64,000 bases of DNA from Octopus bimaculoides (GCF_001194135.2 NC_068982.1:144655632-144719631), one strand, 5' to 3'. Counted from the first letter of the stretch, positions 35,727 to 48,531 are shown. The notes: generated by a model from the sequence alone, not told the origin. Translations and numbers: made by a program.

Positions 35727-37630
35727 TTGAATTTTGTCACAAGGCCAGTAAGCAAAAGGGGAGGGGTAAGTTGATTACATTGACTCCAGTGTTTAACTGG
35801 TACTTATTTTGTCGACCCTGAAAAGATGAAAAGCAAAGTCGACCTTGGTGGAATTTGAACTCAGAATTTAAAGACAGACAAAATGTCGCTAAGCATTTTA
35901 CCCAGTGTATTAACAATTCAGCCAGCTCACCACCTTAATGATAAAAATAATCTTTTCTACTATAGGCACAAGGCCTGAAATTTTGGGGAAGGGGACTAGC
36001 CAATTACATCGACCCCATTGCTCGACTGGTACTTATTTTATCAACCCCAAAAGGATGAAAGGCAAAGTTCATATTAGTGGTATTTGAACTCAGAACTTAA
36101 AGACAGATGAAGTGCTGCTAAGTATTTTGCCTGGCATACAAATGATTCTGCCATCTCACTGCCCTAACAATAATAACCCTTTCAATAGGACTGAAATTTT
36201 GAAGGAGGGGCTGTCAATTACTGTATTTTAACGTGTATAAGGAACCTTTTTTTGTCAAGAATTTGGTTTAAAAAAATGGAGGTTTCTTATACATGGATGG
36301 TATCATAATCCCTTACAAAAAATTTTTTTTCCAAATTTTAAGCCCCACAAATTAGGGGGTTCTTTATATACGTTAAAATGACTGCTAGAGCTTAACTGGC
36401 ACTTATTTCATTGATCCTGAAAGGATGAAAGGAAAAGTCAACCATAGCAGAATTTAAATTTAGAACATAAAGATGGATGAAATGCCACTGCGCATTTTGT
36501 CTGGTGTACTGATAATTCTGCCAGCTTGCTGCAGTGGCAGTAGCAGCAACAATTGTTTCAAACTTTGGCACAAGGCTAGTAATTTAGGATGAGAGGGAAG
36601 AGGGATAAGTTGATTACATTGACCCTGTTACTCAACTGGTATTTATTTTATCAACTCTGAAAAGATGAAAGGCAGAGTCAATGATAGCAAAATTTGAATT
36701 CAGAACATAAAGAGCCAGAAGAAATGCTGCTAAGCATTTTGTCCAATGTGCTAACAATTCTGCCAAATTCCTGCCTTGGCTTCAAATCTTGGCACAAGGC
36801 CAGTAATTTTAGGGGAGACCCTAGTACTTGATTGGAACTTTGTTTTATGATACTTGAAAGTATACCAGACAAAGCTGATCTTAGCTGGACTTAAATTCAG
36901 AAAGTAAAAAAAAACAAAAAAAAACAACAACAAAAAAACAAACAAACTGGAACAAATATCACAAAGCATTTTGTCCAATGCTCTAAAAATTCTGTCAGTC
37001 TCCTACACTAACAACAACAGCAACATTCCTTTCTACTATAGGCACAAGACCTGCAATTTTAGGAGGTGGGATTAGTCAATTACATTGATTCCAGTGTTCA
37101 ATTGGTACTTATTTTACTGAGTCCTGAAAGGATGAAAGGCAAAGTCAACCTAAGCAGAATTTGAATGCAGAATATATAGATAGACAGAATCCTGGAAAGC
37201 ATTTTGAATAATAATAATAATCATAATAAAATAGTAGCCAGCATGGAAGGCAGATGTTAAGTGATGATGACGATGATGACAGAATGTTTCAATTTTGGGG
37301 AGAGGATTACATTGTTTTAATTTGTCCTTTCCCCACAACAGAACATTCCTGATACTTATTTTGTCAACTCCAAAGGGATAACAATTAAAGTCAATCCCTC
37401 GAAATATAAAATGTCTGGCTCTGGCACTCTGCTAATTCTATAATTTCTTTTCTTATATTGTTTACAATGTCCCATGTTTGTAGGGGTGGAATGTAGCAGA
37501 CATCATTTGTTGAAATACTTTATCAACCCAGACAGGTTCAAAGGCCAAGTCAACTCGTGGAATTTGAACTCATGATGCAAAGAGATATATTATAAAGGCA
37601 GAAAAAGCATTTTGTCTGGTGCTGTACCAA
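35727..37630 (-). repeat. Head-to-tail cluster of about 8 SINE family C copies
   Basis: gaaaggatgaaaggcaaagtcgacc..gaatttgaactcagaa motif recurs near 35820, 36050, 36420, 36660, 36860, 37130, 37370 and 37535, with (AAT)/(AAC) linkers. Confidence 0.8.
36221..36382. mobile_element. Small MITE (pogo/Tc1-like) nested in the SINE cluster
   Basis: ta|CTGTATTTTAACGTGTATAAG ... TTTATATACGTTAAAATGAC terminal inverted repeats. Confidence 0.5.
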
Positions 37631-39900
37631 ATTCGTCAATCAAGTAGTTTACAATACAAAAAAGAGAGAACTCAAGACTGAGATGGTAGTGTAAATAATT
37701 TAAGTTGAGAAATTCATTACAACTCAGAGTACTAAGTTATGTTAAATTTTTCAACTTAAATGCATGCATGTGTGCACATCTTCATCATTATTTAATGTCC
37801 ATGTTTCATGCTGGCATAGGTTGAAAGGTTTGGCAGGAACCGATGTTTCCAAGAATCACAACGATTTCCAGTGTCTGCTTAGCATGATTTTTATAGCTTT
37901 CTAACGCCAACATGGATTATATATCTGTCCATACACGTGTCCATTTTATATATAGTTAGGTAGAAAAATTGTGAAGCATTAAGTTGAAGGATCACTTACC
38001 ACCTTTCAGATAAAACATTTTTTTATTTTTAAAAGTCACAGACATAACTGGTGGTAAGAAGCTTGCCTCTAAACGACATGACTCAAGGTTCAGTCCTACT
38101 GTGTGGCACGTTGGGCGAATGTCTTCTACTATAACATCAGGCCAACTAAAGCCTTGTGAATAGATTTAGTAAATGGAAACCAAAAAGAAGCCTGTTGTAT
38201 TTATAAGTATATGTCTATGTGTGTTTTTGTTTTTGTCCTCAATCACTACTTGTGGGTTTGTTTATGTCCCTGCAACTTATCTGCAGTAAATAAGTGCTGG
38301 GGTTAATCTGCTTGATTAAAATCTTTCAAAGTAGTGCCCCAGCACAACCATGGTCCAGTGACTGAAACAAGTAAAGAGAAAAGGCAAAGGTTGAGTGCTA
38401 CTTTGAAGTCTTGCTTTAGTAGCCCTTATTATCAGATCAACGAAGGCTATGAAGCTGAAACTTTGAAGTAACTTCTATCTTTTCCTTGTAAAAATGATAT
38501 TAGAAGCCTAAGAACTTCTCTAATTGTTACTTCGGGTTTAATGTCTCTGATTTTACAGATGGTACTGAAGATTAGAACAAGAATGTCCATCTAATCTTAA
38601 ATTGACAAAGCTGGCAGAAAATTGGGGGAAATGCAGGCAATCTTGAATGTGATACTGGACTTTGATTGAACACTGAACACAAGATTATTATATTGGTTTT
38701 ATTTTTTTAACATGACTGGGTGAGTGTGTGCGGAAACTATATATGCTTTTGTTTTATGGGAACAGAATATAGTAAATTAAAGATGAATGATATAAAAAAT
38801 TGTTATGAAAAATATTCTGGGGAAAAAAAAACAAAAAAACAAAAAAAAACGAAATGGACATTTGAGACTGGAATTATATTATGAATACTGATATTATTTA
38901 GAGCAGAAAATTTCCACAAACTGTGTGTGTGTATACATGTGGAGCTATTCAGAAATTTGCCCAATGTGCTGTACATGCAATACATTGGGACTGAACCTGA
39001 AGCTATATGGTTGTAAAGTGACCTACAAACCACACAGACATGCACATGCACATGTGTGCACGCACGCATATACACACACATATACATATATACACATACA
39101 GAAAGGTCATCCTTGGTATTAGGAAGGGCATCCAACTGTAGAAACCATGCCAAAGCAGACAGTAGAGCTTGGTGCAGTTCCCTGGCATGCCAACTCCTGT
39201 TGAATTGTGCAACCTATGCTAGCATGGAAGGTGGATGTTAAATGATGGTGATGATGATGATACTATGCATTCATACACATACACATAGAGATAAACACCC
39301 ACAAACTTGAATATCTGCAGAAATAAGCACATATATATCTGAACTGGCACATCAAGCCTTGTACCAAAAATCACAAAACTACTGACATCACTGATTATTT
39401 AGAACTTAAAGTTGATGTATTATTTTACCAAACTTAACCCAAGAACACGATAAATTAAAAACTTTAAAAGGCAAAAAACTAAACCAATAAATTTGAGAGA
39501 TGACGATTATTTTTATTTCATTATTTAGATATTTAAATTTGATTATTTGTTTAGCCAAGTGAATTGACAGAAGTAAAGTGCTGGACTAAATTTTCTTGAA
39601 GTATTTAGTTTCGACCTTCTAAGGTCTAGCTTAAAATCTCACAAGCAATTGCTTTTAAATTCTTTCAGATTAGGGTTAGGGCTGAAATAGACGAGTGCAA
39701 CACTGAATGCTTTTCACTATTTAGTTCCATCCATCTGCATTCTGAGTTCAAATACTGGTGCAGCTGGTTTTTGTCTTTCATTCCTCTAGAGCAGTATTCC
39801 TCAACCATTTTTTTTTTTATCTATGGATCCCTTTGATTACCATTTTATTCAGATGGACTCTCTTAGTAATTCAATGTTGAAAAAATCATATTATTTATGA

Positions 39901-40107
39901 TTAACCCTTTAGCATCCTGTCAAATGTAATGGTTATTTTGAATCAATCCTGTATTATCTTGTAGCTCCAAGATTTTGATGATGTGATAACACATGTTTAG
40001 AATGACAATGTAGGCTAGGTGGGAGAGGCTAGATCTAGCTAGTATGAACATAAAAACAGATAAAATATTTTGGTCGGATATGACCAGTTTAAACACTAAG
40101 GGGTTAA
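39901..40107. mobile_element. piggyBac-type MITE (opposite orientation to 26384)
   Basis: TTAA|CCCTTTAGCAT ... AAACACTAAGGGG|TTAA. Confidence 0.75.
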
Positions 40108-40184
40108 ATATTATTCAGAATTGTATGAAAAAAATTGTTAAAATATTTTGTGTATTGTACAGGTGTACTCTCTCTTTTATTCTC

Positions 40185-40563
40185 TTTTACTTGTTTCAGT
40201 CATCTGACTGCGGCCATGCTGGAGCACTGCCTTTAGTCGAGCAAATCGACCCCAGGACTTATTCTTTGTAAGCCTACTATTTATGCTATCGGGTCTCTTT
40301 TGCCGAACCGCTAAGTTATGGGGACGTAAACACACCAGCATTGGTTGTCAAGCGATGTTGGGGGGACAAACACAGACACACAAACATATATATATACATA
40401 TATACGATGGGCTTCTTTCAGTTTCCGTCTACCAAATCCACTCACAAGGCTTTGGTCGGCCTGAGGCTATAGTAGAAGACACTTGCCCAAGATGCCACGC
40501 AGTGGGAATGAACCCAGAACCATGTGGTTAGTAAGCAAGCTACTCACCACACAGCCACTCCTG
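40185..40563 (-). mobile_element. SINE family B, well preserved
   Basis: Close match to 22845-23220. Confidence 0.85.
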
Positions 40564-40830
40564 CACCTCAATTTATTGCACATAAATTTCAACAACAAAA
40601 TCTTGTGGGGCACATAAGGTATGACAGCCACTACTCTAGAGATTGATTAAATAAGTCTAACTCATATGTTAGGGAAAAATCAATAACACATATCTCTTTC
40701 CTCAAGGAAATTGGCAGTTGTTTAGCCCCGGGTCAGCCTTGATTCAGCAGGCCTATGATCAAAGACGTTTAAGCCATGACCATCTCATCTTTTATTCAGA
40801 CATGATATATTTAGAACTACATTATATGAT

Positions 40831-41106
40831 ACATTATTTACATTCAACGGATATTTGTCCTCATCTTGTTTGTTGTTAACACAATGTTCCGGCTGATATA
40901 CCCTCCAGCCTTCTTCAGGTGTCTTGGGGAAATTTCAAACCTGGGTTCTCATTCCTAAAGTATTTTTCAATGTTATCATTATTATTATTATTATTATTGT
41001 TGTTGTTGTTGTTGTTGGTGTTCAGGCCACTGCTTCGAATCGAACTCAGAATCTTGGGGTTAGTAGCCCGCGCTCTTAACCACTACGCCATATGCCCGTG
41101 GGCATT
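40831..41106 (-). mobile_element. SINE family A copy 3 (full length): tRNA head, (AAC/AAT)n, hammerhead-type tail
   Basis: GGGCATATGGCGTAGTGGTTAAGAGCGCGGGCTACTAACCCC..GAGTTCGATTC head. Tail GACACCTGAAGAAGGCTG..CAGCCGGAACATTGTGTT (40878-40923). Confidence 0.8.
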
Positions 41107-41844
41107 ATATGATGTTTCCGTCAGTTTTTGAGGGTGTGATCTGATGGTGATATTGCTGCTATTTCTAGCAGGTCTAACAACCACACACAGATTCCCTCAT
41201 AGGCTCTTATTTTCCTTAGCTTAAAAATAATGATTTGAAAGACTTTAGGTTGAGCAGGAGCTAAGCAACATTTCAATGCCAAACATTTAGTTCAAATTCT
41301 ACTAGGACATCTTTATATTTCATCCTACAGGCAGTGGGGTGGTAGAAAGTTTATGAAAAAGAGATGTAAAATACTGTAATAAATTTAATTAGGTTTAACT
41401 ACTCTGTCCACACATACACACACATACCACATACAATTAAAAAAAAGTAAATAAGCATTTTGTACTTAGTAACAAAACATTCTTTGTTATATACTGTCTT
41501 GCTCATAAATTTGGTTTACAACTGTGACAACAAGACTTGATATACAGAGCACAATATAATATAATATACCAACTTACAGAATTCCTCCTTTGTTCTTTTA
41601 TATACACTGGGAAGTGTATATTACTTATTAATTTTGTGAGTTGGTTGGTTGGTTAGTTGTGAATCTTGAATCTGGAGAAAAGAAAAAAAAAAAAATAGAC
41701 AATGATATTTGCAACAACAGCAACCTTGTAAACTGGTATAATGAACAAGACATTGGTCTTTGCTATCTTTCATACTTCCTTAGAAGACTATCAAATGGTT
41801 AATGTCATTTATCATCATCACTATCATAATAGTAATAGTAGTAA

Positions 41845-42055
41845 GGCAGTAAGCTGGCAGACTCATTATCATGCCAGGCAAAATGCTTAGCACTATTTTG
41901 TCTGTCTTAATGTTCAGATCTCAGATTCCGCTGAGGTTGACTTTATTAATTATCCTTTCAGCATCAAAAAAATAAGTACCAGTCAAGTACTGGGGTAGAT
42001 GTAATTGACTTAACTCATCCCTCAAAAATTGCTGGCTCTGCGCTCCAATTTGAAA
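41845..42055 (+). mobile_element. SINE family C copy
   Basis: ggcagtaagctggcagactc..gattccgctgaggttgacttt..aataagtaccagtc. Other copies at 24385-24590, 58940-59140, 61655-61865, 62695-62905 (all minus). Confidence 0.7.
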
Positions 42056-43292
42056 CTATTATATGAACAGTAGTATCATTGTTGTTAGAGTGCTAGAGAC
42101 CAGTAGGGGGATGGGGGCATGGGGGTGGGGATAAAAAAGAAAAGAAAAGAAATATGTCTCTTTAAACTATAAACTATCTTCTATCTTTTACTGCCTCTCC
42201 TTTTAAGAAACTTCATAGAATATTGAATTTAACTTAATTTGGGTCTTGAGTTATGCCATGTTGACAATCCCAAAAGAGGATGAAAGAGTACTATACACAT
42301 GACTAAAATCTTTAAGAAATTCATTTTATGTAAGAAAAAATTTTAAAAAAATTAAAATTAAATACACATGCTCTTCAGAATAACTAAGTTTAACTTATGC
42401 AAACTATGTATTCAAAATGCTTTATGTTATTTAGAATATTTTATCTGCATCACATGAGATTCTGGGTTTGTAGCTCATTGGGAATGACTTGGGGTTTCTT
42501 ATTATCCCTCTGGAGTTGATAAAATAAGTAACAATTAAGTTGAAAAGAAATAAAGTTTCTGTTCAGCAGTAGGGTTGATAAAATGAGTACAAATAAAATA
42601 TTGAGGTTGATCTAACCGACACCTGTTAAGAACTAAGTGGGTGGATGATAGAATAAATACCTGTTAATAACTAGTACTGGGAAATGGTAAGGCAAACATT
42701 AGTCAAATACTGGAACTGACCAAATAAATACCAATTATGTATTGAAGTTGGTCCAATTTACACAGGTTAAGAACTGGAGGGGCTGATAAAATGAAGTAGT
42801 ATTTGAATACAGGAGTCAATAAAATGCCAGTTAAAAACTTGAGGCAAAAATGTAATAAAATAAGCATTGGTTAAGTGCTGGGGGAGAAGCAGTGGTCGAT
42901 CTGACTGACTACAACCTTCAACAAAATTTACGACCATTTTGTCTATAATGGATATTCATTCATTGGTCAGTGGATTGACAGAATCAGTAGAGTGTGGGAC
43001 AAAATGCTTTGCAGTATTTAGTTACATAATTTTATATTCTTAATTCATAACCTGCAAGACAGGTGTAAGGAGAAAGTGATTTTGTTTCACATTCTTTTGG
43101 AGTCCACAAAATAAGTACCAGTTAAATACTGGGCTGCTTAAATCAAATTATTTCAGACACTTGGCACAATGGTAAATTTTCAGCAAATAAAACCCTGAAT
43201 CTAGTTTCAATGTCCATTTGGAATAGCTTCACTTATTATCACTGAACATCACAATTTTTCTTGTTGCTGTTGTTCTTGTTCTATGTGGTGAG

Positions 43293-43334
<42 letters not shown>

Positions 43335-43344
43335 GTTATTGTTA

Positions 43345-43415
<71 letters not shown>

Positions 43416-43430
43416 GTTGTTGTTGTTGAT
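43293..43430. repeat. Long (ATT)n/(GTT)n microsatellite
   Basis: Direct reading. Similar tracts at 25070-25170, 59150-59240, 62900-62950; (GAT)n at 50055-50166. Confidence 0.95.
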
Positions 43431-43589
43431 TGAGTGGAATAGAACTTAAACAAACAAGCTATAGATCTATGTCTTTGGTATCACTATATATCTGAAGTGA
43501 ATACTTTGGCAAGTGTTTGCTAAGAAGGCACCAACCACCCACCCACCCACTCCCAATACTAACTCAGAGACCATCTAAANNNNNNNNNN

Positions 43590-43630
<41 letters not shown>

Positions 43631-45070
43631 GTTGTTGTTGTTGATTGAGTGGAATAGAACTTAAACAAACAAGCTATAGATCTATGTCTTTGGTATCACT
43701 ATATATCTGAAGTGAATACTTTGGCAAGTGTTTGCTAAGAAGGCACCAACCACCCACCCACCCACTCCCAATACTAACTCAGAGACCATCTAAAAGAAAA
43801 ACAAAATCAAAAAATTTTAAACTACATTGTGCCTGCCTATAGTGGGAGAGTTAAGAATAAGTCCCTTGTTTTGCTCAAAGAAAAACAGACAAATGATTGT
43901 GTGTGGGTGATCAAGAAAGATTTCCTTCTGCAGATAAGAATCAAATTTTTGAATTTGTTTTGTTTAGTTACATTTTAACTAGACGTCTACAGCTGATCAA
44001 AAGCTGAAACATTCTAATAGGATTTGCACTGATACATATTTCATTTTCTTTTTTCTTTGTTTATGAACATGTTTTAATCTAAACATTCTTTGCTATTAAA
44101 ATCAAAAACCAAGTTAATATAGTGTTTTTTTCTTCTTTCAAATAGTTTTTGGTGTTTGACCTAATTCAATAGCACCACCTGTCCTTTGGGTGTTTTTAGT
44201 TGCAAATGTCCTGGTCAAATTTCAGGTTTGAGATAATTTCGTCCTATCCTCTGATGACCAATCTTGGAGGTTTGAAAAAGGGGGTTGTGGGCACCGCCCT
44301 TCTTTCCGGAACTAAACCATTATATATTTGTGTGTTTTCTTTCTTGTCACTTTTATTTCATGTCAATGAATAATCCTCAGTTATGCTTTTAAGCCTCTAT
44401 TTTACAATGTAGTCATGGTTCTGGGATGAGATATGTTGGCAAACAATTTTCAACTGTATTATCATACTATCTGCCAAGCTATACTAATTCAAACACACTT
44501 TCAGTGTTCTAACACTGAAGATTTCCTTAACACCACAATAAAGCTGTGTTACTGTGATATGAACCAAAAGGCTGAACAGATACAGCTGCTTGGCTATGAG
44601 AGACAGAAGTAGGTTTATACTGCCTTTATTCATCCTATCCTTACTGTTATGGCTAATGTGGAAGCCACAACCTGTTCATTAGTATTCATAAACAACCTCC
44701 CGATTTGGCTAGGTGGTAGCAAATTCTATTAATGTGTGTAATAAGAAAGAGATAAAACACTGTTGCTGTGGTTTAGCTTGAAGTCAGTCTTAAATGAACA
44801 AACCTAAGAATAAAAGTATTTCAGTTATAATCACCAGGTCTTTTTTTTTTAATGATTACATTATCCAATTCAGTCTTTTTTTTTTTTTTGCAAATTGAAG
44901 GATGTGATTTTGTGATTTCATGGAGATTTGCCTGCTATTTCTAACATGTATGATTCCATAGAAGTATTCTCATTGGTCAAGAGTATATTTGTTGTTTGCT
45001 GTTGTTCAGGGCTCTTCTTGATATTTGTTTTTAGGATTGTCATCTATCAGGCAGTACCTTATCATAAGTG

Positions 45071-45390
45071 AAGGCACATAGCTCAGTGGTTTGCATGTTG
45101 GACTCATAATCATGAAGTAGTGAGTTCAATTTCCGGACCAGGCTGTGTGTTGTGTTTATGAGCAAGACACTTTATTTCACATTGCTCCAGTTCATTCAGC
45201 TGTAGAAATGAGTTGTGACATTACTGATGCCAAACTGTATTGGCCTTTGCCTTATCCCTTGGATAACATCAATGGTGTGGTATGCTGGTATGCATTGACT
45301 ACTGCTGGTCTTCCATAAACAACTTTGCCTGGAGGGAAACTTTCTAGGTGCAATTCCATGGACATTCATGACTAAAGGAGGTCTTTACCT
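45071..45390 (+). mobile_element. tRNA-headed SINE, related to the head of 56570-56890
   Basis: ggcacatagctcagtggtt..gagttcaatttcc..gagcaagacactttatttcacattgctccag. Confidence 0.6.
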
Positions 45391-45732
45391 TATCATAAAG
45401 CAGAAGCTAGGAACCCTTTCTGGGTTCAATGGAGTGAATTGCCCTCATTTATTGCTAGATGTTGGTAAAGATGACTGTGCATAGATGATTACATTTATTG
45501 ATTTGTTCAAATGAAACGTGTATCTACTTGCTATGTCTTAGGAAAGATTGTCCTTTATATAGATATAATAATTCTAAAAAAAAATAAAAAAATACCATAT
45601 CCTTTTAGTTAACCAACATAAAATGACTAGACCAATCTATTGGCTTGCCATTCTTTTCTAGAAAAAAAGAAAAAAACTGATCCCTTCAAGAATAAATAAA
45701 AATGTTAAATTAAGGTTATCAATTTTAAGTTC

Positions 45733-46058
45733 AGAAGTAATGCTTATCGCCACTTATATATGGCTGATCCGTAGGAATCGATATTACTGCTATTTTTAAC
45801 CCTAGAAGGACCCCCTGCTCCAGCTGGTTATTCGATGCAATCTGCACCCCATATATATTACAAGCAGGGAAGTAAACCCTTACCATATTCCAGCCATGAG
45901 TCCACCAGACTGTATGGATTCGACCTTTTTGCAATATATATCAGGTGCAGATTGCATCAAATAACCAGCTAGTGGAGGCATCTTCCTGGGGTTAAAAATA
46001 GCAGTAACATTGGTTTCTACAGAACATCCATGTTCAAGTGGCAATAAGCATTATTTCT
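45733..46058. mobile_element. Foldback/MITE with about 135-bp inverted arms
   Basis: agaagtaatgcttatcgccactt..ttactgctatttttaaccc..gatgcaatctgcacc is mirrored at 45925-46058. Confidence 0.75.
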
Positions 46059-47128
46059 CACGATAGTTACAGCTTTCATCTCTTATAGAGATTTTCTAAC
46101 TAGCTATTTTAAGTTCATCATCATCATAATCATTTTATGTCTTTTTTCCATGCTGGTATGAATTGAAGGGTTTTTGACAGGAGCTGGCCAGCCAGAGACC
46201 TGTACCAGGCACCAATTGTCTGTTTTGGCATGGTTTCTATGACTAGATGCCCTTCAAATATCAGCCACTTTACAGACTGTTCTGGGTGCTTCTATGAAGG
46301 CAAACTATTTGTGTAGTTTGCTAATTTTATGATAAAACTGTGTTGCCAACTACTTGAAAATATTTTTTTCTAGATTTAAACCAAAACTGTATGTGTTGTT
46401 TGCTAAGTGAGATTGCATTGTCTACTAGTTTTAGGGTAAAACTTTGTGTTGTTTGCAAGTTAAAACTAACTTGTGGAAAGTTATAGATTCAGTCATTCAA
46501 TCATGTCTTTCCCTTCATGTAATTTCCAATAACAAAACTTCATCTTGAAGCTATCAGAAGCTTATTTTCTTTCTACATACTTACATGTCATGAAACAAAT
46601 GTCCCTTTGGACAGGATACAAAGTGACTATCTCCAGGAGAGATTCAAAGCCAACTAAATTTAGTCTCAGCCTATCATTGCAAATATTTTTATTTTCTCAA
46701 TTCTAGAGAGATAAATGGGAAACATCAACCCAAGAGGGATTTGAACTCTGAACATAGAGGGGCTAAACTAAATAATATAAGCTTTTTAGTCTTAACGTTA
46801 CTGTTTCTGCCAGTTTCAAGTATAAAACAAATAAATTAAATTTCTAAAATATATAAATAAATGTGAATGAAATTTTCTGTCTTGAAGTTTGTAGATTTAG
46901 TTTTCTGTCCTGTCAAGTGTTGGGTTAAACGGTCATGTTATTGGGTTAAGTTTGGTAAATAATTCAATCAACTTTAATGAAACTAGATAATAATAAATGG
47001 TGTCAGTGGTTAGGTGGATGTTGGTCTGAAGTTTCTTTTGCCAGTGTGTAGGTGTTTATATCTTGGGCTTGGAGGTTGAGAGGGTGGGGACTGTGTGTAT
47101 TTTGTGCACACAGACGGACAGACAGACA

Positions 47129-47162
<34 letters not shown>

Positions 47163-48495
47163 GTGAGAAGGAAAGAGAGATAGAGAGAATGAAATGTGTA
47201 TGGGAGGAGGGTATGAATGAAAGCAGTAGCTATAGTGTGGAAGTAGATTAAAAAGTCTCTCTTTGTGTATCAGAGATAAGGGTAGGACTGTTTTCAAAGT
47301 AGAATTGACAGTGAAGACATTTAATCTAGCAGATAAAGAAAACATTCAGTGGACAGGTTCTGTTCCTGATACCTCAATCAGTTCTAAGTAGATGGATAGA
47401 ATGGGTAGTTGTAGTTGTTTTCAGAGAGAGTGAGAAAGAGACAGAGAGAGAGAGAGAGAGGGCAGAATGAAAGTGGGTGAGAGGGTAAAAGAGAAAATGG
47501 TGTTTATATATACAGTGGTCCTTATGGAACGTTCTCTAAATCACAAAAGTATTGTACAAGCTCACAAACACACACATGCAGATACATGATTTACACAATT
47601 ACACATGCAAAGACACAAAATCACTCACACAAACTCATTGACACACGCTTGCACAAACATACACATATATGCACAGACTCTCAAAGAAGCAGATATTTAC
47701 AAGAGGACTTCAGCCTGAAAATGGCCACAGTTCACTGAAACAGAATCCATTTGTTTAAGTAAAGGTGGGTGGGTGGAATGAAACTCTATAGTAAAATAAA
47801 TAAAATACCATAAAAAAAGGGGTATGAAAGGGAACAAATAAACAAAAAAAAAGCAAATAAAAAAAGCTTCTAAACAGTAATGATTAGTCTTGGAATAGAA
47901 AAATAAAATAAAGCACAAATAGAAATGTCAGAAACCTCCAAAGTATGGTGGTAGATGAAGGGCTGTAGTATTTTAAATATTTAGTTAACAAGTGTTTTTT
48001 GTGAAGAATTCCTTACAAAGTGGGTTTTTTTTTTTCAAAGAAAACAAAATTTAAATTTTAAAAAAGTATTTGGTGTGTTTATTGGTGAAAGAAAGGACTA
48101 AATCAGACCTAACCAGACGTAGATCTTCTCCCCCGCACAATAAACAACAAAAACCACAAACAAACTTAATGGTGCTTCTTCTAAACATTTTGGATTAAAT
48201 AAAGATCTCTATGAATGTATATATTAACTAACAGTGTCTTTGTTGCGTTGTGCAATAACCAATGACAAAGTAGAAACCATTTCTCTCTCTCTCTCTTTTT
48301 GTTAGTGTACTGTGCAAAAAATGTCAGGTTTTCAAATATGAAACGTGTTTAAATTCTCCTCACAGTTAAGACATGACACACACACACAAAATGGAGTTTC
48401 TATATGGCTGTTTGACCTGTTAGAAATAGCCACTAAATCCCCATCTTGCCCTACCATTTTTATTATATGTGTGTATATGTATACATATAACACAC

Positions 48496-48530
<35 letters not shown>

Positions 48531-48531
<1 letters not shown>

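Noticed and set aside
41021-41100. tRNA gene (also 1598-1668, 57255-57330, 12345-12410)
   Set aside because: A and B boxes are present, but the acceptor stem does not pair and each head is attached to a repeated body and tail, one with a TSD. These are SINE heads.
43229-43453. Poly-Ile / poly-Leu membrane-like ORFs (and the many CV/YI/TH-repeat ORFs)
   Set aside because: They are translations of (ATT)n, (TG)n and (TA)n microsatellites.
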